Made by a program: the position numbers and the translations under genes
The notes under the pieces: generated by a model
Database searches by the model: none
Seen by the model: the letters and a program-made list of their open reading frames with translations, nothing else
What the model was told of the DNA's origin: nothing
Source of the DNA: Bacillota bacterium
Lineage (GTDB): Bacteria > Bacillota > Ch66 > Ch109
NCBI GenBank assembly: GCA_050952625.1
Contig: JBMNLH010000001.1
Coordinates: 96,001-160,000, forward strand
Length of the DNA: 64,000 nt
Direction: 5' to 3'
Shown here: piece after piece, positions 29,399-38,714 of the stretch
How positions within the stretch are numbered: position 1 is the first letter of the stretch
Layout: each line of letters begins with the position of its first letter

Positions 29399-31225
29399 GT
29401 GAGAATGATTGACCCGCTCAGAGGGGATTGCGACGATGTACTTCTCGAAATTATCATCGGCTCGCTTGTGCCAGTGGTGAGAATGATTGACCCGCTCAGA
29501 GGGGATTGCGACGGCATTAACCTCCTCCTCCTCCTCTTCTAATTCAGTTAATCTGTGAGAATGATTGACCCGCTCAGAGGGGATTGCGACCTGTCCCCGT
29601 AAATACGAGGACTTCTCTCAGATACCTGAGGTGAGAATGATTGACCCGCTCAGAGGGGATTGCGACAATTCCTCCTTGTTTTTTTTCGGTTGGTTTAGAG
29701 ATTTCGTGAGAATGATTGACCCGCTCAGAGGGGATTGCGACTGTCACCTTTGTCAGCGTCCCCGCCATCATTGCCGGAGCCGCGTGAGAATGATTGACCC
29801 GCTCAGAGGGGATTGCGACACCAGATGCGGCCAGCATGGATCCACCGCTTGCTAAAACGTGAGAATGATTGACCCGCTCAGAGGGGATTGCGACTTTTCC
29901 TGTAATTCTGGCAATGATAAGATGTATCCAACTGTGAGAATCATTGACCCGATCAGAGGGGATTGCGACAAATAGCAATTAGAATTATTACCATGAAATT
30001 TCGGATCTGGGTGAGAATCATTGACCCGATCAGAGGGGATTGCGACTTACTAGAATAAACACTTCTCCGCGCGATTTTTTTCCTGGTGAGAATCATTGAC
30101 CCGATCAGAGGGGATTGCGACACTGGAGAGGAAGAAATAATGCTCATAATGGCATTGACTTGTGAGAATCATTGACCCGATCAGAGGGGATTGCGACCCA
30201 CTGCCGACCGGCAGCAAGCAGATTTTCATCCCCGTGAGAATCATTGACCCGATCAGAGGGGATTGCGACAAGGATTAAAGAATATAGCTCCTACAACTTT
30301 GTTGTGTGTGAGAATCATTGACCCGATCAGAGGGGATTGCGACGATATTTTTACGATTAGTCCTATCCCCTGCAGCATCGGTGAGAATCATTGACCCGAT
30401 CAGAGGGGATTGCGACGACTGCCCGCCGACCGCACTCGATGGCCGAAACCATTTTGTGAGAATCATTGACCCGATCAGAGGGGATTGCGACTTCTCCTTC
30501 TTTTTTGGTTTCGTTTCGTTTTCGACGGCTGGGTGAGAATCATTGACCCGATCAGAGGGGATTGCGACCAAAAGCAAGCTTACGACGGGATATGTTTTAG
30601 CTAGTGTGAGAATCATTGACCCGATCAGAGGGGATTGCGACAACTGAAGGTTTACGTTTTTCTTGTTATCCCAGCTAATTGTGAGAATCATTGACCCGAT
30701 CAGAGGGGATTGCGACCTATTGTTGCAGCACCACCACAACGCTCACAAATAAAAAGTGAGAATCATTGACCCGATCAGAGGGGATTGCGACCTAATGCCA
30801 TAACTTCTCAACTCATCAATTGATTTCGGTGAGAATCATTGACCCGATCAGAGGGGATTGCGACATATTTTTCCTCCCATGGCTGGAACGGGTCAGAACG
30901 GTGTGAGAATCATTGACCCGATCAGAGGGGATTGCGACACACAAACTCTGGAACCCTCTCCCCGTCCTGCCTCTTTGCGTGAGAATCATTGACCCGATCA
31001 GAGGGGATTGCGACCTTGAAACTCATCGCACATCGCTCACTTTCTCTTATTTGTGAGAATCATTGACCCGATCAGAGGGGATTGCGACTTTTAGAGCAGG
31101 TCGCTTAGCAGGATTTTTCTCCTTTTTTGTGAGAATCATTGACCCGATCAGAGGGGATTGCGACACTCACTGTTCCCTTTTTATGCCCCATGATGATATC
31201 CCAAGGGGAGAATCATTGACCAGAT
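29399..31225 (+). CRISPR. CRISPR array 1: 24 full 36-bp repeats plus a degenerate terminal repeat; spacers 36-42 bp
   Basis: Repeats 1-7 are GTGAGAATGATTGACCCGCTCAGAGGGGATTGCGAC; repeats 8-24 are GTGAGAATCATTGACCCGATCAGAGGGGATTGCGAC. Orientation is from the leader and the ATTGCGAC 3' handle. Confidence 0.98.
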
Positions 31226-31293
31226 TCGCCGAATTATTTACTTTACCCAAAACAACTAGGTGGGTTAGATGGCAAGCTAATTCAGGTTAATGG

Positions 31294-31320
31294 CAGCCTC
31301 AGTTATTGGGGCTTTTTTTA
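31294..31320 (+). terminator. Intrinsic terminator after array 1
   Basis: AGCCTCAG-TTA-TTGGGGCT followed by a T-tract. Confidence 0.6.
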
Positions 31321-31333
31321 TTGCCCCCTATCT

Positions 31334-31366
31334 GGAAACTTTTTTTCGGCTAGTTGAATTTATAAT
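31334..31366 (+). promoter_or_regulatory. Conserved motif/promoter copy 2: GGAAACTTTTTTTCGG-N11-TATAAT
   Basis: Matches 21701-21733. Confidence 0.75.
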
Positions 31367-31423
31367 TTATTAGGGTGATCGGTTAACTTGTCATTGCAAC
31401 TTCTATCAAGGAGGTTAAAAGAA

Positions 31424-32284
31424 ATGGGTTTTCTAAAGGATTTAGGCAGTCTCACCGGCAGCATTGCAGGGGTGGTTTTGTCTACTCCAGTGACTTTGGC
31501 TGGTGGTTTTTTTGATAGTGATACCTTAAAGGAGGCGGCTCGCGGGATACACTATGTTACCGCCAGTACTGGTTCCTTAATCGGTCAAACCGTCAGTGGC
31601 GGTCTGGATGTGGTGGAAGGAGTTTTAACTAGGAATGACAGGATAAGTCAGCAGGGTCTTGATGAGGTTGGTGATTCTTTTAAAACTGTTATCAATGGGG
31701 TAATTGGTGGTACCGCTAGTCTCTTGGATAATAGTGGTAAAGTAATTACTGGGGTATTTGAGGGTGATACGGCCACCGCAATGCAAGGAGCTAAAAATCT
31801 TGCTAAATTTGGCATAATTACGGCCATCGGAATTGGGCTGGCTGATGCGATTGGGATTGTTGATGTAAATGGGAATGAGACGGTAGCCCACGCTCAAGTA
31901 CCTAGTAGTTTTAGTTATGATCAAGATGATGCTGTTTTGGATTATTCAGATATTGGTGAACCGCATGGGCTAGTACCGGACGTTCCGGTTGATGACATTC
32001 CTGGAGTTGATAATGGTATGGCTCATCCATCCGCTACGGAGGTATTAATTGATCTGGGTTGCCAGGATGGAACGGAGCATGTCGTGGATCCGCCCCGGGA
32101 TCCGGGGATGGTCCAGGCATTTTTAACGGAGCATGGATATACTGAGACTCCTGATGGTTACGAGGTCCATCACATTATTCCTCTGTCCGAAGGTGGAGCC
32201 GACCATCCGGCTAACATGGTATTAGTTTTGGAAGAAGAACATGATCAGATTACGGCGGCCCACCAGAGGTTTTATCAATGGTAA
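31424..32284 (+). CDS. HNH endonuclease with Gly-rich amphipathic/TM N-terminus
   Basis: C-terminal YEVHHIIPLSEGGADHPANMV....EEH; hydrophobic FGIITAIGIGLADAIGIV segment; RBS AAGGAGG before ATG 31424. Confidence 0.85.
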   Translation: MGFLKDLGSLTGSIAGVVLSTPVTLAGGFFDSDTLKEAARGIHYVTASTGSLIGQTVSGGLDVVEGVLTRNDRISQQGLDEVGDSFKTVINGVIGGTASLLDNSGKVITGVFEGDTATAMQGAKNLAKFGIITAIGIGLADAIGIVDVNGNETVAHAQVPSSFSYDQDDAVLDYSDIGEPHGLVPDVPVDDIPGVDNGMAHPSATEVLIDLGCQDGTEHVVDPPRDPGMVQAFLTEHGYTETPDGYEVHHIIPLSEGGADHPANMVLVLEEEHDQITAAHQRFYQW

Positions 32285-32379
32285 TTAAGGTTTAACTTGA
32301 GATGGTTTCTAGTTATATTTAAAGCATACTAGTTAAGTCGGTTTAAAAAGTTAACCATTGATATTCTTTAAAAATTAGA

Positions 32380-32404
32380 AGGGAAATGGATGAATATGTC
32401 GAAT
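32380..32404 (+). promoter_or_regulatory. SigH-type promoter of the csx1 genes
   Basis: AGGG-aaatggatgaatatgtc(17)-GAAT; paralogous to the cas10 promoter. Confidence 0.65.
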
Positions 32405-32493
32405 TTCCAGTATACAGTATTGATATGGTCGAATAACTAGTAGGTATTGCGAAACAACTTAATTATTGGGATTTAGCGTAGAACGGAGGCCTA

Positions 32494-34206
32494 ATGATAA
32501 TGGAGAAAAAACCGTGGAAGCTAATTACCTTTATCGGGATGGGTTATTATCAGCCGACGAATTATAAGATTAAAGGAGTAGAATATCCTGACACCAAATA
32601 TTTTCCCTTAGCTGCGGCTAAATGGTTGATTGAGCAAAGGGGAGATCAAGGAAAAATTGTAGTACTGGTCACTAAAGAAGTTATTGAAGATACAAAAAAC
32701 CAGAATTTACAGGGATTTAAGGAAGCCTTATTACTTGACCCACAATTTAAACATCTAAATGTGCAGCAAGAAATATTTCCTTGGAAAGAAGAAAGCGAGC
32801 TCTGGGAAATATTTAAGATAATCGTTAATTCGGTAGAGAATGGCGAAACCGTATATTTTGATATTACTCATTCCTTTAGATTTATCCCGTCCATCGTTTT
32901 GTTGGCTTTGATTTATTTAAAAGAGGTTAAAAGGATAGACCTTCAGTCGGTGTTCTACGGAAACTTTGAGGCAACGAAATCAGGCTTTGACTATGCACCC
33001 GTATTTGATATTCTCCCTTTTGTCGATCTCGCGGAATGGCTGTTTGGGGCGCGAGTATTTAAAGAATTTGGGTTAGGCAGTATTTTAGGTGACAAAATTA
33101 AGACGGTGCAGGCTGAAATACGGAGAAAAAGCAAAGAAGGGCCGGAGAAGTTAATTAAGCTGGGGACCCGCTTGAATAATCTTTCAAGTGCTTTAGCTGT
33201 GGGTAATGCCATAGGTGTGGGTGAAAACGCCCTGAAATTGACTAATTTTATAAATCAAAATAAAGATAAAATAGAAACGGAAGTAAGGGAGTATGTCCCG
33301 CCATTGGTGCCGTTAATAGAGGGTATTGTGGATGAATATGCTCAATTTGGGCTTGAGGATATTCAGTTAAATATGAAGGAATTAGAGAGAGAAGAAAGTT
33401 TAATTCGCTGGTATCTAGAAAAAAAAGATATCGGAAAAGCCCTGCAACTGTTTAGGGAATTTATAGTAAATACTGTTTTATATATTAATGCTGGGTCGAC
33501 TCGTGAGTGGCTAAAACTGGATAATAGATTGCCCGTAGAACGGCAATTACATAATTTAAAGGTCGCTAATACAGAGGTTGGTCGCCTCTGGGATGAAATT
33601 GCATTCGAAAGAAATTCAATTGCCCATTGTGGTTTTAATAATCAAGACAAATTTAATCCGAATAAAGAGTATCGAAATTTACAGTTGGTTACCAGGCCTG
33701 ACCATAATCTTGAGGAATGGATTTCTAGAATTGCTTCAGAGGTACAAGCTTTAGCCTTCGATGAAGGATCGGTCCTGCTAACACCATTGGGGCTGTCGAA
33801 AGGGTTATTATTTACCTTATGGCAGAGATATCCTGATATTGAGCGGACCATAATTCTCACATCGGCAGAGACGGTCAACAGTATCGAAGAAGTGAAAAAG
33901 ATAACCGGATACTCAGGGGAGATCAAGATCTGCCTAGTTCAAGATCCATTTACTGCTTTTGACCAGATTGAAAATAAGTGGAAGGAAATAAAAGATTTTC
34001 TTAAAAGTAATATTATTGTTAATATCACTGGCGGTACCACAGCACTTCAATATTTGGTGGAAAAAATACAACAAAGGCTTATTAACCAGGATGTGAGAAT
34101 AACTACGGTTGCGGCTATTGATCGAAGGCCCGTGCAGGAACAAAAAGAAAACCCATGGGTAGCCGGACAGATAATTAAATTAAAGGAAGACCATCAGGAA
34201 GATTAG
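32494..34206 (+). CDS. csx1: Csx1-like CARF-HEPN ribonuclease with an additional C-terminal CARF-like domain
   Basis: LITFIG..Y..TNY, FDITHSFRFIP (DxTHG/S motif), HEPN RNSIAH, then TPLGLSKG...VNITGG. Confidence 0.88.
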   Translation: MIMEKKPWKLITFIGMGYYQPTNYKIKGVEYPDTKYFPLAAAKWLIEQRGDQGKIVVLVTKEVIEDTKNQNLQGFKEALLLDPQFKHLNVQQEIFPWKEESELWEIFKIIVNSVENGETVYFDITHSFRFIPSIVLLALIYLKEVKRIDLQSVFYGNFEATKSGFDYAPVFDILPFVDLAEWLFGARVFKEFGLGSILGDKIKTVQAEIRRKSKEGPEKLIKLGTRLNNLSSALAVGNAIGVGENALKLTNFINQNKDKIETEVREYVPPLVPLIEGIVDEYAQFGLEDIQLNMKELEREESLIRWYLEKKDIGKALQLFREFIVNTVLYINAGSTREWLKLDNRLPVERQLHNLKVANTEVGRLWDEIAFERNSIAHCGFNNQDKFNPNKEYRNLQLVTRPDHNLEEWISRIASEVQALAFDEGSVLLTPLGLSKGLLFTLWQRYPDIERTIILTSAETVNSIEEVKKITGYSGEIKICLVQDPFTAFDQIENKWKEIKDFLKSNIIVNITGGTTALQYLVEKIQQRLINQDVRITTVAAIDRRPVQEQKENPWVAGQIIKLKEDHQED

Positions 34207-34272
34207 GTGACCTGAAATTCTAAAAGTGATCAAAGCAGGCAAAATTTTTTTGTCTAGATTATGAGGTGGAAT

Positions 34273-35547
34273 GTGGCTAGAGTTCTCATTTCAGGCATAG
34301 GTACTGGCCAGCTTAATGGTCAGGATGATTATGGGCTTGAACACCGAAGAAAATACCGAACAGCAACTTATCTTATTGATCAGAAAAAATATGAAACAGA
34401 GTTTATAGCCAGTGCATTAATAGAACATTACCAAATTGAAAAGGTGTTTCTTGTTGGTACCGTAAAATCAATGTGGGAAAATGTATATGAGTATTTTGCT
34501 GGTGCTAACCTGGATGAAGAATATTATTTCCATTTGGTTGAAGCAATTGAAAAATCAAATTATTTAGATCAATGCTTTGACATGGACTATCTTGGCAACG
34601 TGAACGAAGCAATGAACTGTTTTCTTAAGTCGAGTGACTCACGTTGTTTTTTAATTAAGTACGGCTTGAATGAAGAGGAAATTATCTATAATTTCGGGAT
34701 ATTTCAGGATATCGCGGAGTTGTTGGAAAGTGGAGACGAGGTGTTTCTGGACATAACTCATTCTTTTCGGTCATTGGCTCTATTTCAATACACAATGGTC
34801 AATTACATAGACAATTTGTCACACAAAAACATTGAGGTTAAGGGCGTGTTTTACGGCATGCTCGAAACTGCTCGGGAGATGCAGGGCATTACACCGGTGG
34901 TTAATCTTAAAACAGTGTATGAATTAAGCAATTGGGTAAAAGCCATTCATGAGTTAAAGAGTTACGGAAATGGTTATATAGTATCGGATTTATTAAGAGA
35001 TTATGATAAACGACTAGCTAACAAGATCAAAATGTTTTCGGACCTGGTTAATTTAAACTACCTGGCTGGGGTAAAAAACCAAGTGGACAATCTGTCGAGA
35101 TTAAACTTTGAACACATAAATGGGCCGGGCAGTATGGTGGCAGAGTATCTAAATCGTTATGTTAACCGGTTCGCGTCAATCAGAAATGAGTGGGAGTTCC
35201 AGTTTGAAATGGCAAAGTGGTATTTTGAAAATAAACGGTATGCTACGGGTTATATTGCTTTGATAGAATCGATATTAACTCGAATTTGCGAATTGTTAGC
35301 TTTAGATCCTAAAATTAAAAACAATAGAGATGAAGCGAAAAATATTCTCTATAATAACCGATCAGGTGCTAATTTGAGAGAGGTCAGGTATAAGTTCGAT
35401 GCGATTAATAGAATCCGTAAGAATGTGGCGCATGTCCTTGATGATCGGGACGAAAGGAATTATTTGACGGATGTGCGGCAGTCAGCTTATTACATCCGGA
35501 GTTTAGAAGGATTATTAAAGCGTCTGTCGGCTGATGATTTAAGGTGA
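34273..35547 (+). CDS. csx1: Second Csx1-like CARF-HEPN ribonuclease (TM1812 type)
   Basis: VLISGIG, YRTATY, GTVKSMW, LDITHSFRSL, YGMLE, HEPN RKNVAH. Confidence 0.88.
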   Translation: MARVLISGIGTGQLNGQDDYGLEHRRKYRTATYLIDQKKYETEFIASALIEHYQIEKVFLVGTVKSMWENVYEYFAGANLDEEYYFHLVEAIEKSNYLDQCFDMDYLGNVNEAMNCFLKSSDSRCFLIKYGLNEEEIIYNFGIFQDIAELLESGDEVFLDITHSFRSLALFQYTMVNYIDNLSHKNIEVKGVFYGMLETAREMQGITPVVNLKTVYELSNWVKAIHELKSYGNGYIVSDLLRDYDKRLANKIKMFSDLVNLNYLAGVKNQVDNLSRLNFEHINGPGSMVAEYLNRYVNRFASIRNEWEFQFEMAKWYFENKRYATGYIALIESILTRICELLALDPKIKNNRDEAKNILYNNRSGANLREVRYKFDAINRIRKNVAHVLDDRDERNYLTDVRQSAYYIRSLEGLLKRLSADDLR

Positions 35548-35879
35548 GCCTTTATGATCTGATTCAAGCTAGATCCAAAACAGGTGGCTTTTCTGACCTT
35601 ACCCGGTAAGGTTGTATTGCATGGCAACCTAACGGGGTTATTTTTTGAAAAAGGAGTGGCTTAAATTTTTTCATTCATTGAAGCTTTCCTTTTGCCCGTT
35701 TGTAGACTTTTCTGCTAGTTGAACTATATCTACTTGTTTGCTCTTTATAAATGTTAATAAATCTTGACGAATGATGTCGAATTGTTTTTTTGAAATAGAA
35801 TCTGCTATAAATTAAATCCTAGTAATATAGTCTACTTTAAATTAGCGAGATATTGATTATGTTAATAGACTATTAAAAG

Positions 35880-35905
35880 AGGAAAATCAATAAATAATGT
35901 CGAAA
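35880..35905 (+). promoter_or_regulatory. SigH-type promoter of the cmr operon
   Basis: AGGA-N18-GAAA with TGTC before the -10. Confidence 0.55.
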
Positions 35906-35982
35906 TACCATAATGTAGTATGCAATTCTGCGGTATTACGTAATTTTTTTTTCTCGGTAAAGGAGTACAAAGGGGTGTTGGC

Positions 35983-36972
35983 ATGCCGGATCTTAACCAA
36001 TTAATAGAGGCATCGGCGATTCAGTGTAAAACATTTAATTGTACTGTGCTAACTCCGCTGTTCCTGCATGGTTGGCAGGAGACAGTGGTGACTGGCCACG
36101 GGAGACCAGTAAATAGGCCGGTCAGCGCAGAGTTCCGAATCCCCTCAATGAAAGGGGTATTGCGTTACTGGTGGCGGACCTTACAACCACTTAAACTTCA
36201 AGCTTTGCAGCAAAAGGAACAAGAATTGTTTGGCGGAACTAGCGGTGATAAAGGACAAAGATCCCCTTTATTGCTGAAAGTCAGCATATTGGATAGAGGT
36301 CCAAGCTCAGAAAATATGAACACATCATCCCTGTGTCCGCATAAAGGTGGCATGCCATCACTGGCCCTGCCTGCGGACCGAGAGTTTGCTTTTGAGCTTG
36401 CAGTGCATCAGCGCAATGCCGCGAGATTATCTGAATACGAAGCAATATGTCAATTCATGTTTCTCTTGGCTGGTTTCGGACAAAGGTCTCGTCGGGGAGC
36501 GGGGTCGCTTCAGGTTGAAGGGCTATGTTGGCAAAACATTAAGGAGTATCAAAACTCTTTGCGGGAAACTTTGCAATCCCTAAATTGCGCGAATGATTTT
36601 GAGTTTCCAAATGGTAATACGGGCGGATGTTTGCTACAACGCAAACGACGGGAGTCAACGGAGGCGAGGGGGGCTTTTCACCCGATTTTGCAGCGGGTCT
36701 GGGTTGGATCCGATTCTCGGACTGCAGAAGAGGCTAGACGCCAAATCAGTAATGCCGGCCATCTAGCTAATCCTAGTGGAAAAGCCCAGTATTTAGGCAA
36801 TGTAGGGGGCAAAGGGATTGCTCGTTTAGCTTCGCCTCTTTTGTGTACGGTTAGAAAAATCGGAGAAGCCTACTGCCCCATTGTGAGTGAAGTCAGCAGC
36901 CCGCATCTAGGGAAAAACGTATACATACAACGACGAAACGAGTTTTTAGAGGCTCTGGGGGTGAAGGTGTGA
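35983..36972 (+). CDS. cmr1: Cmr1
   Basis: LTPLFLHG, FRIPSMKGVLRYWWR, LFGG, GFGQRSRRGAGS, RLASPL. Confidence 0.93.
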   Translation: MPDLNQLIEASAIQCKTFNCTVLTPLFLHGWQETVVTGHGRPVNRPVSAEFRIPSMKGVLRYWWRTLQPLKLQALQQKEQELFGGTSGDKGQRSPLLLKVSILDRGPSSENMNTSSLCPHKGGMPSLALPADREFAFELAVHQRNAARLSEYEAICQFMFLLAGFGQRSRRGAGSLQVEGLCWQNIKEYQNSLRETLQSLNCANDFEFPNGNTGGCLLQRKRRESTEARGAFHPILQRVWVGSDSRTAEEARRQISNAGHLANPSGKAQYLGNVGGKGIARLASPLLCTVRKIGEAYCPIVSEVSSPHLGKNVYIQRRNEFLEALGVKV

Positions 36973-38714
36973 GTGAGGTCGGCAATTTGCTGGTTTTTAG
37001 CGTAGGCCCAGTTCAGAGTTTTATTGCCTCGGCCAGGAAGATTGAGGATTTATGGAGCGGGAGTTACATTCTTTCCCATCTAGCTGAACAAGCCATGAGC
37101 GTTATCTTGGAACAGGCGGAAGCTAAACAAGTTAAGGCAGAAATGATTTATCCTCCGATGAAATCATCAACCGGTCCGCAGCATCAGCAAGCTGGAAACC
37201 GGGTAGCTCATATTGAAGTAGCGTCACAGCCTAACCGGTTTATTTGTTGGTTGGAAGCAGACAGTCAAACGGTATCAGTAATAGCTCGACAGGCAGAAAA
37301 AAAGGTCCGGGACAGTCTGGTTGACCTGGGCGAATACGCCTTGCGCCGCGTTTTCCCTAAAGATGCTAATCGGGATTATATGTTGGACCTGCACCGGCAG
37401 CAGGTGGATAACCTGCTGGAAGTTTACTGGGCCACGGAGCCGTTTGCTCTGACTGATGACTATAATCAAGCTCGAAACCAGGTGGAAAAGCGGTTGGCGG
37501 CGGTAAAAAACGCCCGTCCCTATCATCCCTATCGGCAGCAGGGATTGGTGTGTACCCTCTGCGGGGAACAGCAGGCCTTAATTTCCCGATGTTTGCCTGA
37601 TCAAGAATGGATTACGTACGCTCTCATGAAAGAAACATTGGCCGGTACTTGGAATAAACGGCATGATCAGTTTAAAGCCCCGCTGGAGTTAGATGCGGAT
37701 GACCAGAAGGTGGGGCGGATAAAAGACAACGAGGGTTTGTGCGGCATTTGTCTGAGCAAACGGCTAGCTCGGGATTACTTTAAAGATAAGTACCAGGCCC
37801 CCAATGCCTTTGCGCCTTTCCCTTCGACCCAGGATATCACCGGTGGCAGCAAGTATTACGCCATTTTAATGATGGACGGGGACGACATGGGTAAGTGGGT
37901 TTCCGGGCAAAAGAAAAACCCGCCAGTAAAAGTAGATATGCAGTATCAGCAGGATTTGAGCAAAAAATTGGAGGAGTTTGCCCTCACCTCAGTTCCTAAA
38001 TTGGTGAATGAGTTTGAAGGTAAACTCATTTATGCCGGGGGAGACGATGTCTTGGCTTTTGTCCCGGTCCGACACGCCCTGAACTTAGCCCGTTCACTGC
38101 GCCTGGCTTTCAGCGATCCCCAAAAAGGGTTAGACCCGGAGGCCACTGCTTCGATCGGGGTGGTGGTGGTTCACGCCAAAGCTCCGCTGGCAATGGCCTT
38201 GGAGTATGCCCGGCAAATGGAAAGCAAGGCCAAAGCCTATCGGCACGCTAATGGTCGGGCCAAAGACGCACTGGGATTAGCGGTGATCACCCATAGCGGC
38301 GAGATTCGGGAAGCTATATTACCTTGGGCAATGGATGGCCAGCGATATACTGGGGAAAAAGCCCAATGTTCAATTGGTTATTTGCTGGCTTTGTTTCAGT
38401 TGGTAGAGACTGATCTCTCGGTCAGCTTCATTGAGCATTTTGCCCAGGCTTTTTTACCGCTGCTCGGGGCGGATTTGAAAGGCCAGCGCAAGTTTAAAGT
38501 CTTAGACGAACCAGAGTTAAACCAAAAACTGCTGTGTAGTGAGATGCACCGGGTATTGGAGCGGTCAAAAAAAGAAGACTCACGGCGGCAGGATTTGGCT
38601 AAGCAGGCGCAAATCATGATTCAACTCCATGAGCTAATGCCTTCTGGCCTGCAATTCATCCATCTGTTAGAAATGGCGCGGTTCTTTAAGCGTACCGGAG
38701 GTGATAAGTCATGA
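36969..38714 (+). CDS. cmr2: Type III-B Cas10/Cmr2 (HD-less, Palm cyclase intact)
   Basis: GPVQSFIASARK..DLWSGSY, CTLCG, YYAILMMDGDDMG, IYAGGDDVLA; no N-terminal HD domain. Confidence 0.95.
   Translation: MSEVGNLLVFSVGPVQSFIASARKIEDLWSGSYILSHLAEQAMSVILEQAEAKQVKAEMIYPPMKSSTGPQHQQAGNRVAHIEVASQPNRFICWLEADSQTVSVIARQAEKKVRDSLVDLGEYALRRVFPKDANRDYMLDLHRQQVDNLLEVYWATEPFALTDDYNQARNQVEKRLAAVKNARPYHPYRQQGLVCTLCGEQQALISRCLPDQEWITYALMKETLAGTWNKRHDQFKAPLELDADDQKVGRIKDNEGLCGICLSKRLARDYFKDKYQAPNAFAPFPSTQDITGGSKYYAILMMDGDDMGKWVSGQKKNPPVKVDMQYQQDLSKKLEEFALTSVPKLVNEFEGKLIYAGGDDVLAFVPVRHALNLARSLRLAFSDPQKGLDPEATASIGVVVVHAKAPLAMALEYARQMESKAKAYRHANGRAKDALGLAVITHSGEIREAILPWAMDGQRYTGEKAQCSIGYLLALFQLVETDLSVSFIEHFAQAFLPLLGADLKGQRKFKVLDEPELNQKLLCSEMHRVLERSKKEDSRRQDLAKQAQIMIQLHELMPSGLQFIHLLEMARFFKRTGGDKS

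Noticed and set aside
29840-29851. ATCCACCGCTT shared by a spacer in each array; self-targeting spacers
   Set aside because: An 11-bp match is compatible with chance. I saw no spacer match within the window by eye, but this was not an exhaustive search.
29173-31290. ORFs called across array 1 (and 46019-47561 in array 2)
   Set aside because: They are translations of repeats and spacers (VRIIDPIRGDCD), not genes.
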